Source: Burkholderiales bacterium
Lineage (GTDB): Bacteria; Pseudomonadota; Gammaproteobacteria; Burkholderiales; WYBJ01
NCBI GenBank assembly: GCA_020848435.1
Contig: JADLAC010000043.1
Location: 670 to 64,669, forward strand
DNA length: 64,000 bases
Reading direction: 5' to 3'
The notes beneath the pieces were generated by a model, which did no database searches, was not told the DNA's origin, and worked only from the letters and a program-made list of their open reading frames with translations. A program made the translations under genes and the position numbers. Shown here piece after piece: positions 10,182-18,727 of the stretch (its first letter is position 1; the number at the start of each line of letters is the position of its first letter).

Positions 10182-10502
10182 TTACGCCGCCTTGCGTGCC
10201 GGACGAACGCTGACATCCACCCGACGCCCAGCGTGTGCCAGCATATTCACCAGTGCATCGATCGAGAACTCATCGATGCGCCCCTTCAACGCGAGGTTGA
10301 GGCGAGGCTGCGAGACACCAAAGAGCTTGGCGCCGGCGGTCTGGGTAAGTTTCGCGCGACGATAGATGCGCTGCGCTTCGCTGAGTAGCCGCGCCCGAAC
10401 GTAGAGATTGCCGGCTTCGTCGGGAGGGAAGCCCAGGTCGGCGAAGATGTTGCCGTCCGCCGGTGTGATGTGGGTCGCGCTTCGGCCTAGAAGCTTGTCC
10501 AT
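10182..10502 (-). CDS. XRE-family HTH protein of the small-antitoxin type (106 aa), with no adjacent toxin gene
   Basis: MDKLLGRSATHITPADGNIFADLGFPPDEAGNLYVRARLLSEAQRIYRRAKLTQTAGAKLFGVSQPRLNLALKGRIDEFSIDALVNML. The GNxFADLGF...LTQ..AAK.LGV.QPR...L..G.ID.FS.D.L pattern belongs to an antitoxin family that normally follows a RelE-like toxin gene. Confidence 0.75.
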   Translation of the reverse strand: MDKLLGRSATHITPADGNIFADLGFPPDEAGNLYVRARLLSEAQRIYRRAKLTQTAGAKLFGVSQPRLNLALKGRIDEFSIDALVNMLAHAGRRVDVSVRPARKAA

Positions 10503-10633
10503 ACGTGTTTCCGTGTTTGATCTCGCGTCAATGCGCCTCGATCGGCTGCACCGACAGCTGCAATCCCGTGGCCGCAAGCACTGCGCCTTCAGGATCTCGC
10601 CCGAATGCGGCGGGTTGTGCATGCGTGTTGCCA

Positions 10634-10951
10634 CTACGCCGCAATCTCCTTCAGCACCTCGCGCAGCACCCGCGGGCGTCGGGTGGCCACTGCGATGAGC
10701 GAGTGCGCCGCGCCGGTGGGGATACGCCGGCCCTGTTCCCAGTCCTGGAGCGTACGCACCGACACACCGAGGAGCTTCGCGAACTCCGCCTGCGTGACAC
10801 CCATCAGCCGCCGCGCCTGCGCTGCCGGCGGGATCTCGATCTGCACCTTGCGTCCACGGCCAGCCTTGATATCGCGGATGCTTTGCAGAACCTCGGCAGC
10901 AATGTCTCGCTTGGCGTCACGCTTGAGCAGTTCTTTCTCAGAAAGCGGCAT
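10634..10951 (-). CDS. higA: HigA-2-type XRE antitoxin (105 aa)
   Basis: ...MGVTQAEFAKLLGVSVRTLQDWEQGRRIPTGAAHSLIAVATRRPRVLREVL closely resembles the Vibrio HigA-2 C-terminal HTH pattern (SV.TLRNWEQGRR.PTG.A..LL). It overlaps the upstream toxin gene by 14 nt. Confidence 0.8.
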   Translation of the reverse strand: MPLSEKELLKRDAKRDIAAEVLQSIRDIKAGRGRKVQIEIPPAAQARRLMGVTQAEFAKLLGVSVRTLQDWEQGRRIPTGAAHSLIAVATRRPRVLREVLKEIAA

Positions 10952-11258
10952 CTTGCATCTCCTTCAACAAGGACCTCAGGACGTGCCCGGGAATATTCTC
11001 CTCGGCACTCTTTGCATAGATCGTGAGCAGCCAGATCTCGCCCTGTTTCGTGCGGGCGAAATAGATCACTCTCACACCGCTACTCTTACCGCTGCCAGCG
11101 CGCGCCCAGCGAAGCTTGCGCACGCCGCCTGAGCCCTTGACGAGAGCTCCAGCCTCGGGATCGCTCGCGAGGTAGCGTTGCAGCGCGGCGTACTCGTCGT
11201 CGGCCAGATAGTCATAAACCTGCTTGGCGAAGAGCGGAGATTCGATGAACGTAAACAT
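10938..11258 (-). CDS. higB: HigB-2 / RelE-ParE superfamily toxin (106 aa)
   Basis: MFTFIESPLFAKQVYDYLADDEYAALQRYLASDPEAGALVKGSGGVRKLRWARAGSGKSSGVRVIYFARTKQGEIWLLTIYAKSAEENI matches the HigB-2 pattern (F.ES..F...YL.D.EY...Q..L...P..G....G.GG.RK.R.A..G.GK.GG.R.IY......LLT.Y.K.E). The toxin-first gene order is also HigBA-like. Confidence 0.8.
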   Translation of the reverse strand: MFTFIESPLFAKQVYDYLADDEYAALQRYLASDPEAGALVKGSGGVRKLRWARAGSGKSSGVRVIYFARTKQGEIWLLTIYAKSAEENIPGHVLRSLLKEMQDAAF

Positions 11259-11267
11259 GAACCATCC

Positions 11268-11282
11268 TACGGCACTGCCGTA
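11268..11282. promoter_or_regulatory. Perfect 15-bp palindrome TACGGCACTGCCGTA immediately upstream of the higB ribosome-binding site; candidate TA operator
   Basis: Read directly from the sequence. It lies 10-24 nt upstream of the higB ATG (11258) and adjoins AGGATGG. Confidence 0.35.
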
Positions 11283-11708
11283 TTAGCGTCAAGTGAGCTA
11301 TCTGCGACCGATCGAGCGCACCGCCATCGCCGGCTCATCGAAGTATCGCTCATCGTTCGCAGCCACCAAGCGATCAATGTTCAGGCGCGCAGCGCTCCAC
11401 CCACGAATTCGGAGAAGACCGGCCGCTGCAGGACGGAGCTGTGCGAGTGTTGCCGCTCGTCGCTTTTCTGCGCGGATTGACCAGCGGGCGCGTTCTCAAC
11501 CCGGTGCCCTAGGGTCTTGCGGCGCCGCCGACCGGATGCTCGGACTCCCGTTCGAAGCTGGATCATCCTCGCAGCGAATGTCATAACCGGCAGCGCCGAG
11601 GCGTTCCGTTTTTCGGTACACTCACTGGCACGATCGTGGAAGCGCGCCGAGAGCATCGAGTTTTTGCCCCGCCTCGACGCGCTCTTCGCTGCGCCGAAGG
11701 AGGAGAGC

Positions 11709-12677
11709 ATGAATCCCGTAGCGCTCGTTTCGTTCGGCTGCGTTTCAGCGCTCGGCATGACAACTGCGCTAGCGCAGTCGAGCTATCCGGAAAGGACCGT
11801 GCGGATCATCGTCGGCTATCCCGCCGGCACTCAAATCGACACCATTGCGCGCCTGCTCGGTCCGCCGCTCGCGGATTCGTTCGCCAAGCAGGTGATCGTC
11901 GACAACGTCGCCGGTGCGAGCGGCAACATCGGCGCGGAGCGCTTGGCCAAGACGGTGCCCGACGGCTACACGGTCGGCCTGGTGAACACCGCACAAACGA
12001 CGATCAATCCCAGCCTGTACAAGGTGTCCTACGACGCGACGAAGGACTTCGCGCCGATATCGCTGGTCGCGTCGGCGCCTTTCCTTATCGTGGTGCACAG
12101 CGGGCTGCCGGTGAAGGGCCTTGCCGATCTGGTCAAGCTCGCCCAGGCACGCCCGGGCGAGGTGACCTATGCATCCGCGGGAAGCGGCACAGGCATACAC
12201 ATGACGGCTGAATACTTCAAGTCGGTCGCGAGAATCGACCTGATGCACGTTCCCTACCGTGCCGTGGCGGTCGCGATGCCCGATCTGCTAAGCGGACGCG
12301 TGATGATGACCTTCAGTCCCATCGCTACATCGGTGCCGCTGGTGCGCGAGGGAAAGCTGCGTGCTCTGGCCGTGACCTCGACCCGCCGCAATGCAGCTAC
12401 GCCCGAAACGCCCACGGTTTCCGAGTCCGGCTATCCGGGATTCGAGGCGGCGAACTGGTTCGGACTGGTGGGGCCCGACAAGACGCCGCCCGCGGTCGTA
12501 AGCCGGCTGCACACGACAACGACCAAGGCGCTAGGGTTGCCGGATGTCCGCGCGAAGCTGACGAGTCTCGGCGTCGATGTCATCGGCGGCTCGCCGGACG
12601 ACTTGTCGGCGCTGATAAAGAACGAGGTCCCGCGCTGGGCTAAGCTCATCCGCGAGCGCGGCATCAAGGCGCAGTGA
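11709..12677 (+). CDS. Bug/TctC-family substrate-binding protein (322 aa)
   Basis: The ATG at 11709 follows AAGGAGGAGAG. MNPVALVSFGCVSALGMTTALAQSSYPERTVRIIVGYPAGTQID... The tracked ORF starts 64 codons earlier in non-coding-like sequence. Confidence 0.9.
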   Translation: MNPVALVSFGCVSALGMTTALAQSSYPERTVRIIVGYPAGTQIDTIARLLGPPLADSFAKQVIVDNVAGASGNIGAERLAKTVPDGYTVGLVNTAQTTINPSLYKVSYDATKDFAPISLVASAPFLIVVHSGLPVKGLADLVKLAQARPGEVTYASAGSGTGIHMTAEYFKSVARIDLMHVPYRAVAVAMPDLLSGRVMMTFSPIATSVPLVREGKLRALAVTSTRRNAATPETPTVSESGYPGFEAANWFGLVGPDKTPPAVVSRLHTTTTKALGLPDVRAKLTSLGVDVIGGSPDDLSALIKNEVPRWAKLIRERGIKAQ

Positions 12678-12749
12678 ATCCAGTCCCCGTTCGTTGCGCA
12701 GATCGACGGGCACGGGGCTGGCATGGATCGGCCCGCGCCATGCGGCGCG

Positions 12750-13090
12750 TCAGCCGGGAGTGATTCCCGCCCGCCTGATGATGGGCACCCAGCGCTTCTG
12801 CTCGCTGCCGATGAGCTCACGGTATTGCGCACCGCTCGTGGGCGAGGAGTCGATACCGCTGTCCCTGAGTTGCTGGACGACGTCCGGCGCCTTGAGCGCA
12901 GCCGTGAAATCCCGGTTGAGCCGATCGACGCTGGCCGCGGGCGTCTTCGGCGGCGCGCTCAGGCCGTACCAATTCACCGCCTGGTAGCCTTTGATGCCCG
13001 CTTCGGCCATGGTCGGCACGTCCGGCAGCGCTTCGGGCCCGTGACGGCGATCGGTAGCGGCCGGGTGGGCTACCCGGGGGTGACCGATCC
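12750..13090 (-). pseudogene. 3' remnant of a Bug/TctC-family gene (last ~110 codons only)
   Basis: ...ATDRRHGPEALPDVPTMAEAGIKGYQAVNWYGLSAPPKTPAASVDRLNRDFTAALKAPDVVQQLRDSGIDSSPTSGAQYRELIGSEQKRWVPIIRRAGITPG aligns with the C-termini of the intact paralogs in this window. An in-frame TAA lies at 13125-13127 and no N-terminal two-thirds is present. Confidence 0.7.
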
Positions 13091-13184
13091 GGATGTGCGC
13101 TGCGAAGGTCGCCGCCCAAACACGTTACCCAGTGGCTGCCCGCGCGCGTTGTTGACCGATCCGGATGTGCGCGGCAAAGGTCGC
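13081..13184. repeat. Two copies of a 32-nt core (30/32 identical) spaced 72 bp apart, part of a diverged ~72-bp tandem duplication
   Basis: 13081-13112 is tgaccgatccggatgtgcgcTgcGaaggtcgc and 13153-13184 is tgaccgatccggatgtgcgcGgcAaaggtcgc. The sequences after each core are also partly similar (gtggctgcccgcgcg versus gcggctagcccgcgc). Confidence 0.8.
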
Positions 13185-13206
13185 AACTGCAAGCGCCGGG
13201 AAGCGG

Positions 13207-15054
13207 CTAGCCCGCGCATCCTGCGGCTTCGCGATGCCGCCCCCGGCGTGCCACCGCGCCGACGAGGCCCAGACCCGCGAGCAGCAGCGCGTAGGTCCGC
13301 GGCTCCGGGACCGCCGTGATCGGGGCGAGCGAAGTTACGCCCAGCCCTTGCGGTCCGAACGAGAGGGTCGATCCCGGACGGTTCGGAAATGCCCAAGTGA
13401 AATTGTCGCCGTACTCGATGTTGACGCCGCAGAGCAACGCGCCATCACCGCAGGCAAAGAACTGGATGCCCTGCAGGTCCGCCACCGTGACGCCGGCCCC
13501 GACGAGCAGTTCGACGCGGCCATTGAGCAGGATCGAGCCGTTTACGACGACCTTGTCCCACAACACGCCGCCGGGCGTGGACTCGACTTCCAATTCGAGC
13601 ACGCCGTTCGGGTCGAGCGCGAAGTTGCCGTTGATGGTCATGGTACCTGGGGAATGGCCCGGCGTGAAGATGGCACCGCCCGGGCCGCCGCCGACGAACG
13701 CATCGCCATTGATGACACCGCCGCCCTCCAGCTTGCCACCCAGCAGCACGAGACGCCCACCTTCCCGGTTCCACAGATCACCGTCGACCCGCAGCACGCC
13801 GTCATGGTTCGCGAAGTTCCAGACCTCCGCCACGTGGCCCGCGGGGATCTCGAACTCGCCGCGATTGGCGACGTTGACCAATTCGAGCGAGCCGTCCGTC
13901 CGGTACCCACCCGCCTGGATCCCGCCTTGGAACTTGGCCCCGGCCTCGTTCGAGAAGTTGCCGTGACCGTACATACGCCCCCCAAAGCCGGTGGTCAGCG
14001 TTCCGGTGTTGATCAGGGTGGCGCCGTCCATATGGAGCGTGCCCGTGACCCTCAGCACACCCTGCTGGCGCCATTCTCCGGGCTGCGCGGGGGTTGTGAT
14101 CGCGCGCACGGTCGATCCGGCGATGATCTCGAAGCTTCCGCCGGCGGTCGTCGTGCTTCCGCTGAAGACGTGGGTATCGAAAAATCTGAGCTCGCTGGTG
14201 AACGGGTGCGTGCCCAGCCCGTTCGAATAGAACACGCCGTTAAGGTAGGTGCCGCCGGCTCCGAGCACGAGAATGCCGTCCCAGACCTCGAACTTGCCGT
14301 CCGTATGCACGATCGGAACGTTGATTGCGCTGACGGTCCCTGCGCTACCGCGCTTGATGAACGAACCGCCTTGGTTGACGAGTTGGGTCAGTCCCGAGGT
14401 TGTCTTCATCCCGCGGTCGTTATCGAAGAAGTAGGTCGAACCCGCCGCGGCGACGAAAGTCGTCCTTCCCATCAGCGTGAGCTCACCGGTCCCCGATTGA
14501 GTGAACGTCCCGTGATTCACGACCGTCATTCCCTGAGAATCGAACGGGCTTGCGTTCAAGTACATCCCTTCGGCGGGGTAAGGACCCGTAGGCGCGCCGG
14601 GCACGGTGGTTTCGCCGTAGAAGCGGAAGCTCGTTCCCGGGGACTGGGCGTACCAATGGCTGATCAGGCCGCGAGCGAGTATCGTGGGTACCGCAGTCGT
14701 GCCGGTCGCGGCGACCGAGAGCGCTCGACCGGTGGACGGATCGCCGATGCGTAGCGTGCCGCCGTCCATCTTCAGCGGGCCATAGCACAAGGGGATGCAG
14801 GGGTTGCCGCCACTGATGTCGGCCGGAAAACTGCTGTTGGTCGTGACATCCAGCGTCTCGCCGACGTCAACGATCTCGCTCCAGGCCGGCGTGCTCCACG
14901 CGGCCAGAAGCATGCCGAGGGTCACGGCGATCCTGCGCCCGATCCGGAACGACCATGAGTTACGCGAACGGCCGCGCAGCCGAAAACGAAAAGCAACGCG
15001 CCGCGGCGCGCGCTCGCTCGGCCAGTTCACCACTCGCGAGATTGGCTGATTCAT
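13207..15054 (-). CDS. Large secreted PEP-CTERM protein with beta-helix/autotransporter-passenger-like Gly-rich repeats (~615 aa)
   Basis: The C-terminus ...APITAVPEPRTYALLLAGLGLVGAVARRGRH is a canonical PEP-CTERM sorting signal. The N-terminal region contains the signal-like stretch RRIAVTLGMLLAAWSTPAWSE. The body is rich in G/T/N/V repeats. The start is uncertain: ATG 15054 or the tracked 15123. Confidence 0.8.
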   Translation of the reverse strand: MNQPISRVVNWPSERAPRRVAFRFRLRGRSRNSWSFRIGRRIAVTLGMLLAAWSTPAWSEIVDVGETLDVTTNSSFPADISGGNPCIPLCYGPLKMDGGTLRIGDPSTGRALSVAATGTTAVPTILARGLISHWYAQSPGTSFRFYGETTVPGAPTGPYPAEGMYLNASPFDSQGMTVVNHGTFTQSGTGELTLMGRTTFVAAAGSTYFFDNDRGMKTTSGLTQLVNQGGSFIKRGSAGTVSAINVPIVHTDGKFEVWDGILVLGAGGTYLNGVFYSNGLGTHPFTSELRFFDTHVFSGSTTTAGGSFEIIAGSTVRAITTPAQPGEWRQQGVLRVTGTLHMDGATLINTGTLTTGFGGRMYGHGNFSNEAGAKFQGGIQAGGYRTDGSLELVNVANRGEFEIPAGHVAEVWNFANHDGVLRVDGDLWNREGGRLVLLGGKLEGGGVINGDAFVGGGPGGAIFTPGHSPGTMTINGNFALDPNGVLELEVESTPGGVLWDKVVVNGSILLNGRVELLVGAGVTVADLQGIQFFACGDGALLCGVNIEYGDNFTWAFPNRPGSTLSFGPQGLGVTSLAPITAVPEPRTYALLLAGLGLVGAVARRGRHREAAGCAG

Positions 15055-15658
15055 ATCGCTATCGCTCAAATCGATTCGTCTCAGTGAATATTCGTCCCTT
15101 GGTCGCCGGTCGGCCTTGGGCATCCGCGGGACGCAACAAACAGGTGCCGCTCCCGCAACGGACCGGAAAATTACTCGCGACCCGGCACTTTCTTCCGCAC
15201 ACCCCTCGGACCGTAGGACGTGCGGGCAGAAAGCGGCAATGATGCAAATGTACTAGACGAAATGGGGAGCGTGACAAGATTGGCGCCGCTTGGCGGACTT
15301 CGCGGCAGCGCGAGTGCCGCGGAAACCGACAAGATGCCGTCACGGTGTATGCTGCATGCATCCCGGTTGACCAGAATTGCCAAACCCAAGAACGACCCGG
15401 CTGAGCGCATCTATCGTCGCGCTCTGTGCCGCGATATCCTTGGCCCACGCCCTCAACGGCCTCAACGTCATCGGCTTCGGCGCCGAATCGAGTGCGCTGG
15501 GTGGTGGCTGATATCGGCCTGGCCCGAGACACGGGCGTGCTGAACGCCAATCCCGCGGGGCTCACTGGTGTGGGGTGGTGCGCAGACGTGTATTTCACCG
15601 CGGCGCATGCCATCGACATCGCGCATGCCGGTCTGCTCGGTAACGACCGAGGCGGACA

Positions 15659-16675
15659 TCACTCGTAAATCTGCACCAGCGCGGCGATCTGCGCCTTGTT
15701 CCGCGCCTGAACGCGGCGACAGGCCATCGCCAAGTGGTTGCGCACCGTCGCGGGCGACAGGTTCAGCAGCCGCGCGATGTCCTTGTGACTCAGTCCCTGC
15801 GCGGTGTGCAAGGCGATCTCACGTTCGCGCGCGGTCAATCGATCGATCGGCGTCGCGCGGCGCGCCTGGAGAAGATAGAGATCACGCATCGGTGCGATCT
15901 TGAACACGAGCTTCTGGCCCAGAATCCGCTGCGCCCGTCCGCCCGCGATCGCTTCGCCAAGAAGTTTCGGCAGATAGGGGCCGCTCCAATCCGGCCATTC
16001 ATCCGTCAGCAGTCGAGGAAACTCGCTTTCGGCGTAGTGCAACACGCCGGCGCGGTCTGCCATCGCCGCGGCCCACGGCCCGCCGATCCGCGGCATCGCG
16101 ATTCTTCCCAGATGAGTCAGGCGATTTCGCGTACACGCATCGATCAGATGCGGGAACGCAGCCTGCATGAACAGGCGCTCGTCCTCCGTATAGGGCCGAT
16201 CCCGACCCGCGCGCCATAACGCGATATCGTTGAGCAGCCCGGTCAGGGGCTCGATGTCGCAGGTATTGAGCACATGCTCGATATGGTAACGGCCGACATA
16301 CTCCCTCCAAGCGTCGAGTCGACCGTCGCGCGTATCGGCGATGACCGTAACACCCAGGCTGCGCAGCGAATCTGCGAACACCACGTCGTGGGGCGCGACA
16401 TCGATGTAGTCGACCATCAGCTGTGGCGGCTGTCGATGCAGCCAGTGCGTATGAACGACCGGCACCCCGTCCGCGGTGGCATTTCCGACACCCCAGAACC
16501 CGGAATCAAAGTGGACATACTTCTTGAGTGCCTCGAAGGCCCAGTCGATGAAGGATTCCTCTAGCTGGGACGACGCACCCCGCTGTAGCTCGAGCGCAAG
16601 CGCGCTCAGATCGAAAAGCCGCTGCACGCTACGGTCCAACTGCCTGCTCCCCCCATTGTCCGGCCAGCGATTCAT
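15659..16675 (-). CDS. LuxR-family transcriptional regulator (C-terminal HTH, ~338 aa)
   Basis: The C-terminus is LTAREREIALHTAQGLSHKDIARLLNLSPATVRNHLAMACRRVQARNKAQIAALVQIY. I prefer the ATG at 16675 (MNRWPDNGG...). The alternative ATG 16801 and tracked start 16903 lie in a region of lower GC3 that contains a tandem repeat. Confidence 0.8.
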   Translation of the reverse strand: MNRWPDNGGSRQLDRSVQRLFDLSALALELQRGASSQLEESFIDWAFEALKKYVHFDSGFWGVGNATADGVPVVHTHWLHRQPPQLMVDYIDVAPHDVVFADSLRSLGVTVIADTRDGRLDAWREYVGRYHIEHVLNTCDIEPLTGLLNDIALWRAGRDRPYTEDERLFMQAAFPHLIDACTRNRLTHLGRIAMPRIGGPWAAAMADRAGVLHYAESEFPRLLTDEWPDWSGPYLPKLLGEAIAGGRAQRILGQKLVFKIAPMRDLYLLQARRATPIDRLTAREREIALHTAQGLSHKDIARLLNLSPATVRNHLAMACRRVQARNKAQIAALVQIYE

Positions 16676-16739
16676 CGGGATGCTCGCTGGCGCTTGCGCT
16701 GGCACAACGAAGTATTGCCGCGACGAACGCGCGCAGTCA

Positions 16740-16767
16740 ACGGATCGAATGCCACGGATCGAATGCC
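16740..16767. repeat. Perfect tandem duplication of the 14-nt unit acggatcgaatgcc
   Basis: Read directly: acggatcgaatgcc acggatcgaatgcc. It sits in the divergent region between the LuxR gene and the Bug gene that starts at 16961. Confidence 0.85.
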
Positions 16768-16960
16768 TCGTGTCGGAGTGGAACTGTCGGGTTTGGGACA
16801 TGAATCGTCCGCTCTTGGCGATGATCCCGGACAAGGGATGGTTGCGCCGAGCCTCGAGTGTCTGGGCATCTGGATTCGCTTTCATGCACGCCGTGCCTTC
16901 CATTCCGGACCCCGTTTACTGCACAGCAGTGTATGCTGCCGCCACCGGGAGGAGGATCGC

Positions 16961-17983
16961 ATGGCATTCTCGCGAAGCGCACGAGCAGCAGGCGTTCGCC
17001 CCGCTCGACTGGCGACGTGGCGGCTCTGGATCGTGGCCGCATCGGTCCCGGTGGTGCTCGTCTCGACTGCCGCCTGCGGACAACCGGCATATCCCGTGCG
17101 ACCGCTGCGCCTGGTGGTTCCCTTCCCTCCCGGAGCGAGCAACGATCTGATCGGGCGAACCATCGCCGAGAAGATGCGCGAGGGCCTCGGCCAGCCGGTC
17201 ATCGTCGACAACCGCGGCGGCGCCGGCACAACCATCGGCACCCTGCTCGTGGCCAAGGCGGCGGCGGACGGCTATACGCTGCTGTTCAGCTCAGTGTCCT
17301 ACACGACCAACGCGGCCGTCCAGCCGAAGCTGCCATTCGACCCGATCGCCGACATCGCCGGCATCTCGATGGTCGGTCGAGCGCCGATGCTGCTGGTCGC
17401 GCATCCCGCGCTCGCCGCGAAGTCGGCCGCGGAGCTCATTGCCCTGGTGCGTGCTCGGCCGGGGCAGATCAACTACGCCTCGAACGGCATCGGCGCTATC
17501 CCGCACTTGTTGATGGAGCTGCTCATGCGCGAGGCGAAGCTGTCGATGGTGCACGTGCCCTACAAAGGGCTCGCCGCCGCGCTCACGGACCTCGTGGCCG
17601 GACAGGTGCACGTGCTCATCGCCAGCCCGCCCTCGGTCTGGCCGCAGGTGAAGGCCGGCAAATTGCGCGCCCTGGCGGTCAGCACCGAGAAGCGCTCGGC
17701 GCTCGCCCCCGAGCTACCGACCCTCGCCGAATCGGGTGTACCCGGCTTCACGGCGCAACAGTGGTGGGGCATGTTCGCGCCGGCCGCCACGCCTGCTCCC
17801 ATCATGGCGCAACTGAACGCCGAGATCGGCCGCATCCTCGCCACCGAGGAAATCCGGCGCCGATTGTCGGCCGAAGGCGCCGAGCCTGCACCGCTGCCGG
17901 CGGCGGATTTCAACGCGCTGCTGAAGAACGAAATCGCGCTGTGGTCCAGGATCGTCAAGGAGCGCGGGATCGTGGCGGAATAG
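16961..17983 (+). CDS. Bug/TctC-family substrate-binding protein (340 aa)
   Basis: The ATG at 16961 follows GGGAGGAGGA. MAFSRSARAAGVRPARLATWRLWIVAASVPVVLVSTAACGQPAYPVRPLRLVVPFPPGASND... Confidence 0.9.
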   Translation: MAFSRSARAAGVRPARLATWRLWIVAASVPVVLVSTAACGQPAYPVRPLRLVVPFPPGASNDLIGRTIAEKMREGLGQPVIVDNRGGAGTTIGTLLVAKAAADGYTLLFSSVSYTTNAAVQPKLPFDPIADIAGISMVGRAPMLLVAHPALAAKSAAELIALVRARPGQINYASNGIGAIPHLLMELLMREAKLSMVHVPYKGLAAALTDLVAGQVHVLIASPPSVWPQVKAGKLRALAVSTEKRSALAPELPTLAESGVPGFTAQQWWGMFAPAATPAPIMAQLNAEIGRILATEEIRRRLSAEGAEPAPLPAADFNALLKNEIALWSRIVKERGIVAE

Positions 17984-18080
17984 GCACAGCTCGCGCCACC
18001 GCTCCTCGTGAACGCTGCTCGCCGTGAACCTGGCCCTCGGCGATGCGTTCGCTCAGGCGACCCTCCCTCGGAAAAACCTC

Positions 18081-18485
18081 TTATGGAAGCAACCGGGTTC
18101 GAAGCCCGTAGCGTTCGTAGACTGGCAATGCACGCCGGTCGCAAGTGACCAGCTCCGCATCGAATCCCGCCGCTGTTGCCGCCACGAGCGCGTCGTATGC
18201 GGCTCCCCCAGACACCGATCGCTCGGGCAGTCCAAGGACGAATTCCCTGAAGGTCCGCTCATTCATCCGCAACCACGGCTCGGGAAATCGTAACGTGAGG
18301 AAGTCACGCACCGTTTCACCCGAGGCGCGGTGGGGCGACGGCAACCGGGTGAGCACGGAATAGGTTTCGAGCGCGCAGTGCTCGATCAAGCGCAGCCCGC
18401 TGTCCAGCGCGCGCCTCGCGGCCTCGTGGCTTTCATGCCAGGACGCAAATGCGGCGATCACCAGGCTCGTGTCGGCGGCTCTCAC
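18081..18485 (-). CDS. vapC: PIN-domain ribonuclease toxin VapC (134 aa)
   Basis: (GTG)RAADTSLVIAAFASWHESHEAARRAL...AYDALVAATAAGFDAELVTCDRRALPVYERYG shows the PIN layout (DTS...D...D near the C-terminus). The GTG start overlaps the antitoxin stop as GTGA. Confidence 0.85.
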   Translation of the reverse strand: MRAADTSLVIAAFASWHESHEAARRALDSGLRLIEHCALETYSVLTRLPSPHRASGETVRDFLTLRFPEPWLRMNERTFREFVLGLPERSVSGGAAYDALVAATAAGFDAELVTCDRRALPVYERYGLRTRLLP

Positions 18486-18727
18486 CGCCGAACCCGCTCC
18501 AATGTATCTCGCACTTGCTCGGCGCTCAGCGATGGCAGCGGAGCATCCGGAATCGCGACGACGCCTTTCCCACGCTTCTTCAGCCGCATCGCGGTCGGCG
18601 CGATCTGGATTTCCAATCGCCCGTCGCCTGCTCGGATCTCTACCGTCTGGCCGGCTTTAAGGCCCAAGGCCTCGCGCATTGCCTTCGGCACGACGATTCG
18701 TCCTGCGGCATCGATCGTGGTTTGCAT
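18482..18727 (-). CDS. vapB: AbrB/MazE/SpoVT-fold antitoxin VapB (81 aa)
   Basis: MQTTIDAAGRIVVPKAMREALGLKAGQTVEIRAGDGRLEIQ is the swapped-hairpin AbrB motif. An alternative ATG lies 4 codons upstream at 18739. The tracked ORF continues upstream without a stop through a decayed XRE gene. Confidence 0.8.
   Translation of the reverse strand: MQTTIDAAGRIVVPKAMREALGLKAGQTVEIRAGDGRLEIQIAPTAMRLKKRGKGVVAIPDAPLPSLSAEQVRDTLERVRR

Noticed and set aside
13165-14754. 529-aa plus-strand ORF, the longest ORF listed in this part of the track
   Set aside because: It lies antisense to the PEP-CTERM gene. The translation is Arg/Ala/Gly/Asp-rich with no motifs, as expected for a shadow ORF in high-GC DNA. The minus-strand frame has the signal peptide, the repeats and the sorting motif.
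18094-18108. tRNA T-arm-like sequence cggg-ttcgaag-cccg, considered as a possible att or tRNA fragment marking an island end
   Set aside because: It lies inside the vapC coding frame (encoding ...ERYGLRTR...). It has no adjoining acceptor or anticodon arms and does not match the 3' end of the tRNA-Lys at 8401.
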